The translations under genes were made by a program, and so were the position numbers. Shown here one piece after another: positions 57,154 to 64,000 of a stretch of DNA of 64,000 bases. The notes under the pieces were generated by a model. That model did not search any database and was not told the origin of the DNA. It was given only the letters and a program-made list of their open reading frames with translations. Source of the stretch: Candidatus Aenigmatarchaeota archaeon (GTDB lineage Archaea > Aenigmatarchaeota > Aenigmatarchaeia > QMZP01). How positions within the stretch are numbered: position 1 is the stretch's first letter; each line of letters starts with the position of its first letter. The stretch covers positions 7,955 to 71,954 of the forward strand of contig JBDRSV010000005.1 in the NCBI GenBank assembly GCA_043824495.1, given 5' to 3'.

Positions 57154-57179
57154 ATATCCCTTTTATTTGACAATACAAA
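57154..57179 (+). repeat. Cassette 3'-flank motif, copy D: ATATCCCTTTTATTTGACAATACAAA
   Basis: 23/26 identical to copy A. It lies 72 nt from the start of backbone gene 54985..57081. Confidence 0.85.
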
Positions 57180-57213
57180 GGGGATGGTCCATCACTGTAG
57201 ACCATTAATCCCC
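57180..57213 (-). terminator. stem-loop immediately after the FadB-like stop codon
   Basis: GGGG-ATGGTC-catcactgta-GACCAT-taat-CCCC. On the transcribed strand it is followed by TTTGTATT, the start of the 3' motif. Confidence 0.45.
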
Positions 57214-57218
57214 ATAAG

Positions 57219-59303
57219 TCAGACTTTCATGACTTTGTCGCATTCACGTCCGACGCGTCCACCTCGGCATACTTCGGATATCATGAAATGAGCAGAATGA
57301 TCTGCTTGGCGAGATATGGAATCGTTCAAATTACATCCACACGCTTCTTGTATACAGTTCATGATAGCCTTTCTTGCAAATTCCGTGCTAGCATTGTCAG
57401 TGTCTGGCAGGTTAGTGATACTCAGTGGCACATCTGTCAGGCGGTCAGTCTTCAGATTTCTTTCCGTGAGACCATGATCACCGCCCGTAGCAACCTTCCA
57501 TGCCATTTCAAGCGCACGTGTCATCGGAGCAGCGTGGTCGATCAGCCATCCCACAGCCTCGGATGCATCAATAGAATGTCCACTCAAGAGCATGTAGATG
57601 ATTTTAGGCCAATCAGTTCTACGTGCCTTGCGAAATGGCCAGTGGCATCCTTCCATGCCAGGGACAACCGGAAGCGTCACCTCTGGCATGCCGAGCTTTG
57701 CATCATTAACTGAAATCAGAAAGTGACAATGCATGAGAAGCTCAAGCATACCACCTAGACAGCGCTTGCCATTGACAAACCCAACGGATACCTTGAACTT
57801 ATCATTGAGCCTTCTGGCTGTACGAGACCACTGCATGGATATTCTGTGTCCAGTATGTACATTCTCAAGCGCAGGATAGAACTCGCTTGTGTCCGCGCCG
57901 ACTAGCTGAGTGGAGAGATGGAAGTCGCCGGAGACAATCACGCGTTCGATTCCTTCGGCTTTCAGCCAATCAATGGCTCGGTTGAGTTCAGCGTCGACAT
58001 CGCTGTTGTAACTCTCGCGACTTATGGCGATGACACCAACTGTTCCATCATGTTCTGCGTTGACGTACAACTGCTGCCATTCTGGTGTGTCCATATGACC
58101 AAAGACACTCGGACACCAGCAGACGCTCGCTGCTTCTGGATGTGACAGGTGATAAGATTCCACGGTCCTGATCACATTATCCGGACCAAGTCCACGAATG
58201 ACAGCGAGTATACCGTGATTGAACTGAGCACAGAGTTCACCGATGGCGTTGATGTGGGAGAGATGGCCGCGATTTTCATGAAGCATGAGACTGGTCATTT
58301 GGAACAGAGGACCGAGAATCCATGTTTTGAACTCGTCAACTCCGGCTGTATCCAAACTCCAGTTCACAAGAGGACGGAAGTGATCTGGTGGATACCAGTC
58401 TTGTCTACTTTCCTTATGTTCCATCAACTCAGGAGTTGGCGCGAACAATTCAGCACCATAATGCTCATGTAAGTGGTGGAGACATGACCAGGTAAGGAAG
58501 TTCGCACCAGCCGCACCGATCGCGTCATGCGCTCGGAACGGGTTCGGACCAAGCAACTTGCGGATAAATTTGTCGATCTTCCAGTAGGGCATGTTGCTGG
58601 CCTGGTGATAACGCAATCCGGCGAGCGTCAGGCCGCAGAACAAGACATCGAGAACAAACGACCATTTGTCAGCAACAGGAATCGGGATCATACCCAAAGC
58701 CCAGAAGAGCTTATCGGTAGATGTGTCATCTCCCACAGTCTCCCACACTTTGCTGACCTCATGTGGGAATGCCGGATGTGCGATGCCAACTCCCAGTTCT
58801 GAACTTGGGAATCCCGAGGTTACGGATCTGATGTGGATACCCGGGAATGCTGCTCTGAAGAGACCGTAGTGATCCTTCTTGACACTGAGAATCTCTGGAA
58901 TTGCTTCCAACAGAAATTTCGGATTGAATTGGCCGAGTTCACCTGGAAGAGTAGTTCCGTCATAACTCATACGGATAATACTCCTCATGATCTCATCAGC
59001 CTTTGACCTACCAAAGGCGCGTACCAATCCTGGGTACTGTCTCCCAATGCCATCAGGTGCACTGGGGAAATCTAGTCCGATGATACGAACACCGTGTGGT
59101 TGAAGCCGGGAACCGAGTTGCATTGTCTTGCCAGCACCAACAATTCCATTGGCGCCGGAGATGACAAGTGATCCTCGATTACTTGCTTTACCAAACACAT
59201 TCGAAACTGCATCGGATGCAGTGACAGGTAATCCATTCTTGAAGATCCCGAGAACAGTTCCGAGACCCAATGTTTGGATTGTTGAAGTTCTCATCATTTT
59301 CAT
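57219..59303 (-). CDS. fusion protein: N-terminal 3-hydroxyacyl-CoA dehydrogenase-like, C-terminal enoyl-CoA hydratase/crotonase-like
   Basis: It has the Rossmann motif ISGANGIVGAGKT and the C-terminal crotonase pattern CLGGMLELLMHCHFLISVNDAKLGMPEVTLPVVPGMEG. Confidence 0.75.
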   Translation of the reverse strand: MKMMRTSTIQTLGLGTVLGIFKNGLPVTASDAVSNVFGKASNRGSLVISGANGIVGAGKTMQLGSRLQPHGVRIIGLDFPSAPDGIGRQYPGLVRAFGRSKADEIMRSIIRMSYDGTTLPGELGQFNPKFLLEAIPEILSVKKDHYGLFRAAFPGIHIRSVTSGFPSSELGVGIAHPAFPHEVSKVWETVGDDTSTDKLFWALGMIPIPVADKWSFVLDVLFCGLTLAGLRYHQASNMPYWKIDKFIRKLLGPNPFRAHDAIGAAGANFLTWSCLHHLHEHYGAELFAPTPELMEHKESRQDWYPPDHFRPLVNWSLDTAGVDEFKTWILGPLFQMTSLMLHENRGHLSHINAIGELCAQFNHGILAVIRGLGPDNVIRTVESYHLSHPEAASVCWCPSVFGHMDTPEWQQLYVNAEHDGTVGVIAISRESYNSDVDAELNRAIDWLKAEGIERVIVSGDFHLSTQLVGADTSEFYPALENVHTGHRISMQWSRTARRLNDKFKVSVGFVNGKRCLGGMLELLMHCHFLISVNDAKLGMPEVTLPVVPGMEGCHWPFRKARRTDWPKIIYMLLSGHSIDASEAVGWLIDHAAPMTRALEMAWKVATGGDHGLTERNLKTDRLTDVPLSITNLPDTDNASTEFARKAIMNCIQEACGCNLNDSISRQADHSAHFMISEVCRGGRVGRECDKVMKV

Positions 59304-60505
59304 TTGCCACTGCTCCCTTCATCAACCTTGAAGATCGCCGCTATACCAACATCACCGGCAGCACAACCGAAGATGAGAACATATCCGCCACCGAGCGAGA
59401 CCGCCTCTACAAAGGATTCAATCAGAACTCTCGTAAGAGTCGGTCCTTGCGGATGACCCCATACAAGCGGGCAGCCGGTTTTGTTCATGTTGTGCCAGTC
59501 GTAGTCCATGACCTTCGCGAAGATGGCGTCGTTGACTGCGAACGGATTGTGGTTTTTCACCACGATCATATCAGCCATTGTCAGTCCGGTGCGGCGCAGA
59601 AGTTTTTGTACCGCCAACGCAGGTGCTTCGGGCATGAGACTCGGATGCGCGCGTACTTCGGTTTTTGCGATAAAGGTAATATCGATCTCTGGTTGCGAAC
59701 TGAAGTCTGAAACTCTCTCCTTGTTCACAACCAGTAGGCACGCCATGCCGTCAGATGCATGTGTCTGTGTGCCGGTGGTCACGCAGGTATCGAGTTCGAA
59801 AAGGCGGTTCAATCCATCCATCGTCAGCTTGCGGACGCCGAAATCGTCGTCGATTGTTCCCATGGGCTTGCCCTGGAGATTGAGGATTTCGAGCGGGACA
59901 AGCACCTTGTCGAGAAAGCCAGATTCTTTGGCTTGAAAATACTGCTCATGCCGATGGAAGGCGATCTCGTCCACTTCTTTACGGTTGATCTTGTGCTTCC
60001 TTGCGGCCTCTCCTCCGCAAGCAATCATTGCTTTTCCGGTTGCCGGATCGAAACCAAAGTTGTCCCATACATCGGCGAGTGCTTCTGTCCGACGATAACT
60101 GCGACGCTCTGGGAAGACACCAGCCGGAGAGTCACTTGTCCGGTCGAATGTCAGAACGCCGACGACATCGTGCGAACCACTGTTCACCTCTGCACCCGCA
60201 AGGAGCACTGCCTGTAGACCTGTAGCACATGCCTGTTCAACGTGGAATCCTGGGATTCGAATTCCCATACAACTGGCCACCAACGGGGCATTCCAGAATT
60301 TCCAGTGCCACGGGATAGTTGATCCGATGACAAGGTACTCGAGCAGACTCTTGGGCACTTTCCTTAACCCAAGAATCCTGTTCATTGCTTCCCCGGCGAA
60401 CTGGCCTGGATTGACCTCCGCCAGGGGTGAAGTTTGCCAGGCAGGGAAATAACTACTCCCCCAAGTCCCGTATGGGATCCTGGCATTTGGGTACATCGGT
60501 TGCAT
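59300..60505 (-). CDS. thiolase-family acyl-CoA acetyltransferase
   Basis: The active-site Cys context is HVEQACATGLQAV and the C-terminus carries GCAAGDVG. The SD is GGAAGGAGAGGG. Confidence 0.75.
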   Translation of the reverse strand: MQPMYPNARIPYGTWGSSYFPAWQTSPLAEVNPGQFAGEAMNRILGLRKVPKSLLEYLVIGSTIPWHWKFWNAPLVASCMGIRIPGFHVEQACATGLQAVLLAGAEVNSGSHDVVGVLTFDRTSDSPAGVFPERRSYRRTEALADVWDNFGFDPATGKAMIACGGEAARKHKINRKEVDEIAFHRHEQYFQAKESGFLDKVLVPLEILNLQGKPMGTIDDDFGVRKLTMDGLNRLFELDTCVTTGTQTHASDGMACLLVVNKERVSDFSSQPEIDITFIAKTEVRAHPSLMPEAPALAVQKLLRRTGLTMADMIVVKNHNPFAVNDAIFAKVMDYDWHNMNKTGCPLVWGHPQGPTLTRVLIESFVEAVSLGGGYVLIFGCAAGDVGIAAIFKVDEGSSGK

Positions 60506-60566
60506 AAACCCTCTCCTTCCGTAGAAAAAGACCTAAACAAAACTAACATCAATTTGTCTGTCGTTT

Positions 60567-60675
60567 ACGTATGATGTCGATTCCTAAGATGCAGTACCAA
60601 TTCCAGTATCGAACAGATGTCGACAATAGTCAGCGTCAGCTGATTGGCAATTATATTGTTTTGGGAAGCATGAAT
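60567..60675 (-). repeat. Cassette 5'-leader module, degenerate copy 4
   Basis: On the minus strand, ATTCATGCTTCCC...GCCAAT resembles ATATCATGCTCCACA...GCCAAT. CTTAGGAATCGACATCATACG matches CCTAGGAACCAACACCACACAG of copy 1 at about 15/21. Confidence 0.45.
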
Positions 60676-60760
60676 GCGAAGATATTACTTTCTATATAAC
60701 TAAAATTTATAAAACCAAAAAACTCGCTATAACAATTTATAATTGATAGAAAATTTTAAG

Positions 60761-60783
60761 AAGATTTATATTGGTTTTTAAGA
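60761..60783 (+). repeat. Right direct repeat bracketing cassette 4: AAGATTTATATTGGTTTTTAAGA
   Basis: See 57089..57110. Confidence 0.75.
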
Positions 60784-60827
60784 TATGAAGAGTAGCCTAT
60801 TTATTCTTTCATAAACAAATAAATTGC

Positions 60828-61118
60828 ATGGATAGATTAAGTGATGATGTTAGAAAACTTATGAACATCATGGAAACTTCTATGACTACAGATGACATAT
60901 TCTTTCATGCAACAAACCAGATAGCAAGACAATTACCTCGATTACAGAGATTGCGACAGGCTGAAGAGAGACCTGGTCAATTTAATGAAGAAGTTGCAGA
61001 AATGGCTATTCTAGTGGCTATGCTGAGAGATATTGGTGGAGTTCCTGATTTCATGATTTCTGACAAAATGAGTGAACTCATAAATGAGGCTAACAGTAAT
61101 CATAGAAGAAATAGATGA
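60828..61118 (+). CDS. small helical protein, possibly MazG-like nucleotide pyrophosphohydrolase fold
   Basis: 96 aa. EEVAEMAILVAMLRD is only weakly MazG-like. Confidence 0.35.
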   Translation: MDRLSDDVRKLMNIMETSMTTDDIFFHATNQIARQLPRLQRLRQAEERPGQFNEEVAEMAILVAMLRDIGGVPDFMISDKMSELINEANSNHRRNR

Positions 61119-61228
61119 TTTCACCTATAAATTATTTCATTTTAAGACATAATGAATGACAGAGGATATACAAAACTACGTTGAGGAAGTCACTAGATAC
61201 GGAACGAGTGTAGAAACTGGAGAGTTTA

Positions 61229-62326
61229 GTGAATGGAAAATCAGATACGTGCCGTCTAGAATGTCATCGTTTTCTAAGCGGTGATTTGAGAGATGAGAGG
61301 TCATCAAGAGAAGAGAGAGAAGATTTCAAATGTAGACAGAAAGCATTTGAATATATACTCAGAGTGAATATGGGAAATATTCTAAATCGTCTTGTAAATC
61401 CAGACAAACTCGAAGAGTATGAAAGTCCTTCTCTCTACGGAGATGGTGTTATTTCATATGATATTGACATGGATCATGAGTTCGGTTTTCGTGAATTAAC
61501 AAGAGCAGATAAAATAGCAAATAATCTTAAATTTACGAGGGAGTTTCAAAACGCTATAAGCGGGCTTTCTAGAAGTAAGGGAGTTAATGCAGTTGTAGAT
61601 GATTATGTTAGAGTTCAAGAACTTCTAGTAGATCCAAATGGATTTGGTGATCTTGCTAAATGGTGCGAACCAGTTATTGATAGATGGACATATGATTTTA
61701 GTGTGGGTGGAGTGGATAGAGAAGATCAGCATCAAGAAGGTCTTTTAACACTGTGGGCAGCAGATCCTAAATACCAAGGAAGAAATTTTGCAAGATTTCA
61801 TACTATGCTAAGAGCATCTCTACGTTTCAAGCTTCTCAACATGCTTAGATATTCTTACGCTGATAAGAGAAGAATAAATCGAGATACATTGGCTATGGGA
61901 TCTGCAACAAATCCTGGAGATTCTTATTATGCTAGTCTACTTGACCAATTTTCACGTGATGCATGGAAACTTGAACAAACAGAGCAGAATCTAAATGACA
62001 ATCCTGATCCATTTGCCACAACACCTTTAGTCGATATGATGAATGTTTCTAGAGAATTCAAGAAAGCAAGAGTTAGACAAGTTACCACAAGAAAAAAATC
62101 AACTTGGAGAAGAGACGAATATGGTGGTATAGAAGAAGTGTGGGGAGATGAAATAGATCAAGATAATTTCCCTTACTTAGATGAAGAAAAGTTGAGAATC
62201 ATGTTAGAGCTCGATACAGATCCAGGGCATAGACCTATGGCAGTAAAATGGAATGGTCTTAGTGTTCCTGCTAAACATGAAAGAGTAGTGATTAGCAGGG
62301 AATCTATGTATGATAGATGGGAGTAG
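61229..62326 (+). CDS. hypothetical protein with sigma-70 region-2-like segment
   Basis: DREDQHQEGLLTLWAADPKYQGRNFARFHTMLRASLRFKLLNMLR resembles sigma region 2.1-2.4. The track start is GTG, so the real start may be a downstream ATG (MGNILNRL). Confidence 0.5.
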   Translation: MNGKSDTCRLECHRFLSGDLRDERSSREEREDFKCRQKAFEYILRVNMGNILNRLVNPDKLEEYESPSLYGDGVISYDIDMDHEFGFRELTRADKIANNLKFTREFQNAISGLSRSKGVNAVVDDYVRVQELLVDPNGFGDLAKWCEPVIDRWTYDFSVGGVDREDQHQEGLLTLWAADPKYQGRNFARFHTMLRASLRFKLLNMLRYSYADKRRINRDTLAMGSATNPGDSYYASLLDQFSRDAWKLEQTEQNLNDNPDPFATTPLVDMMNVSREFKKARVRQVTTRKKSTWRRDEYGGIEEVWGDEIDQDNFPYLDEEKLRIMLELDTDPGHRPMAVKWNGLSVPAKHERVVISRESMYDRWE

Positions 62327-62327
62327 A

Positions 62328-63317
62328 TTACTCAGACATCTGTTTCAAGCCCGTTCTACCTTGATTGAGCCAGTATTCATTTTCTTCAGTATTATCACCT
62401 TCTCCGACTTTCTCATAATTAGCTCTTATTACATGCATTGCGTGAGCAAGTTTTATGTATGTAGGAAGAACTTCTAATTCTCTTGGTGTTAGTTCAATGG
62501 ATTTTTGATATTCATCTAGAGCTGTATTGAGATTTGCTTGGCTTTTCTCTTTACTTTTTTCATCGAAAAGAATATTACAAGCCATTACAGATAGCTCTTG
62601 TATACGAGGATAATAGTTTGAGACTGCAAAATCAATGATCCAGATCTTGTTATTTTTGTCTTTCATTACATTTGTTGCAATGAAATCCCCATGAACAAAA
62701 CAGTGAGGTAGCTCTTCTATATTCATGTTCTTGAATTCTTCTATTAGAGGTTCTATTGTTTGTTTATCTTCAGAAGAGAGGAAATCTCCTTTCTTTTCGT
62801 ATTCTTTGAGTATGCTTGTGATAGCCCAGGAATCATATACAAATTCTGGATTGATAGTCATACTGTTTGTGAGAGCAGCTTGACGAGCTAGTTCTCTAAT
62901 TTCTTCTTCTGCAGGCTTAGTTTTCAGATTGAAATAATCTTTACCATCTATGAATCGCATGACTACAAGTCTGATTCTAGTGCTATGGACATCTGTTATG
63001 TGTAGATAGCCTTGGTCAGATTTGTATAATTTTGGGAAAGAAATATCATTTTCTATTACTTTGAGCATGACATCAACATATCTCCGACAATCTTCATCCT
63101 TTCTGAAATTGGAGAATGTTTTGATGAAGTATTTGCCTTTTGTCGTTTCTATGATAAAGTTGAAATCTTCATATCCTAGTTCTATGAGCTTGTCTGATTT
63201 GAATTCTCCGAGATTGAAGTCCTTACAAATAGCTTTGGAAATATCAGATAGTTCTCCTTCATAACCTATTCTTGTGTAGAATTGTTTCATAATATTCTTC
63301 TTATAAAGCCACCACAT
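62328..63317 (-). CDS. aminoglycoside/choline/homoserine-kinase-family (APH-fold) phosphotransferase
   Basis: HCFVHGDFIATNVM and IWIIDFAVSNY supply the catalytic loop and the DFG-like motif. Confidence 0.75.
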   Translation of the reverse strand: MWWLYKKNIMKQFYTRIGYEGELSDISKAICKDFNLGEFKSDKLIELGYEDFNFIIETTKGKYFIKTFSNFRKDEDCRRYVDVMLKVIENDISFPKLYKSDQGYLHITDVHSTRIRLVVMRFIDGKDYFNLKTKPAEEEIRELARQAALTNSMTINPEFVYDSWAITSILKEYEKKGDFLSSEDKQTIEPLIEEFKNMNIEELPHCFVHGDFIATNVMKDKNNKIWIIDFAVSNYYPRIQELSVMACNILFDEKSKEKSQANLNTALDEYQKSIELTPRELEVLPTYIKLAHAMHVIRANYEKVGEGDNTEENEYWLNQGRTGLKQMSE

Positions 63318-64000
63318 TGTCTGGGTTGCCTTTCAGATATGTTCTTATATCATTTAGAGTTGTTTCTCTTAGTCTTTGTTGGGCTTCTTTTGTCATCCAG
63401 CCAAAGTGTGGCGTGAGATAAATGTTGTCTAGGGCTCCGAACTTATCTCTTATGTCCTTTTCTTCTATTGCTTCAAACCAGGCAGTAAGTTTCTTCTCTT
63501 TACAAAGATTATATACAACATTCAGGTCAACAAGTTCTGATCTTCCTGGATCAAGTAAAACAGCACCTGGTTTCATGAGTTTTAATTTTGATTCAGTAAG
63601 AATTTTTTCTGTATCCTTGTTCAAGGAGCAGTTTAAGCTTACAACGTCACTCTCTCTTAATAAGTCGTCGAGTTTAGTATATTTCATGCCCTTTGTATCT
63701 AATTCAGGTTTTTTTGTACGAGAATAGTGCATTACATTCATCCCGAGACCCTGGGCAATCTCTGCAACTCTGGTTCCTATTCTTCCTATTCCAATAATTC
63801 CTAATGTTTTGCCTTTGAGTTCCCAGCCCATAAAATTTTCAAAACCCCAGTTACCTTGTTTGACAAAAGTCATTGCGTCGTGAGTTTGTCTTGAAATATT
63901 CAGGAGTGCTGAAATTGTTAGTTCTGCAACTGCCTCAGAAGAATATCCAGGGACGTTTGCTAATATTATACCATTCTTTTTTAGCAGGTCTAGATTGAAG
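63301..64000 (-). CDS. D-isomer-specific 2-hydroxyacid dehydrogenase (partial, continues past window end)
   Basis: The NAD-binding motif is GKTLGIIGIGRIGTRVA. My translation upstream of the track start stays open to the window edge (...LANVPGYSSEAVAELTISALLNISRQTHDAMTF...). Confidence 0.8.
   Translation of the reverse strand, partial: FNLDLLKKNGIILANVPGYSSEAVAELTISALLNISRQTHDAMTFVKQGNWGFENFMGWELKGKTLGIIGIGRIGTRVAEIAQGLGMNVMHYSRTKKPELDTKGMKYTKLDDLLRESDVVSLNCSLNKDTEKILTESKLKLMKPGAVLLDPGRSELVDLNVVYNLCKEKKLTAWFEAIEEKDIRDKFGALDNIYLTPHFGWMTKEAQQRLRETTLNDIRTYLKGNPDNVVAL

Larger units (their letters stand above)
57154..60675 (-). other. GC-rich cassette 4: thiolase plus FadB-like fusion operon
   Basis: The composition shifts. 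The two minus-strand genes overlap by 4 nt. Flank motifs lie at both ends, with about 22-nt direct repeats outside them. Confidence 0.7.

Noticed and set aside
57288-60225. Plus-strand ORFs across cassette 4 (57288.., 57918.., 58149.., 58527.., 59270.., 59508.., 59759.., 60001..)
   Set aside because: They are antisense shadow ORFs of the thiolase and FadB-like genes. They have no SD boxes and no motifs.

Overview
This 64 kb window looks like an AT-rich archaeal chromosome segment. My hand counts of sample stretches give about 28-35% G+C. The backbone carries typical archaeal informational genes: a partial MCM helicase, MC1 chromatin protein, archaeal-type GluRS and ThrRS, GatD/GatE, an NFACT/RqcH homologue, tRNA-Gln(CUG) and tRNA-Ser(GGA). 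It also carries AsnA with a divergent Lrp/AsnC regulator, type-IV-pilus-like parts, a dolichol-phosphate GT2, a triple-DsbA protein and several large secreted proteins with dockerin, Ig-like or beta-helix domains. The main result is that the backbone is interrupted four times by segments of roughly 50% G+C, at about 1.1-6.8 kb, 13.3-14.7 kb, 39.3-41.5 kb and 57.15-60.7 kb. Each segment is a one-strand operon with GGAGG-type ribosome binding sites and bacterial-flavoured cargo: an FHA-protein family with a lipobox lipoprotein, a FliA-type sigma-28, a tandem paralogue pair with an Flp-like peptide, and a FadB-like/thiolase pair. All four share one flank architecture. Each has a 26-nt 3' motif that is at least 23/26 identical between copies, always followed by a co-directional backbone gene. 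Each also has a related 5' leader module. Two of the four are bracketed by about 22-nt direct repeats. I see no recombinase anywhere in the window. I interpret these as a family of flank-conserved, cargo-variable insertion cassettes, but assembly chimerism must be excluded first. Secondary observations include a tRNA-Ser 3'-end duplication bracketing a Fic-carrying insert, a duplicated wHTH plus membrane-protein module, substituted class-I motifs in GluRS, a short GatE and a sigma-region-2-like ORF. All motif alignments and G+C estimates were done by eye and need computational confirmation.
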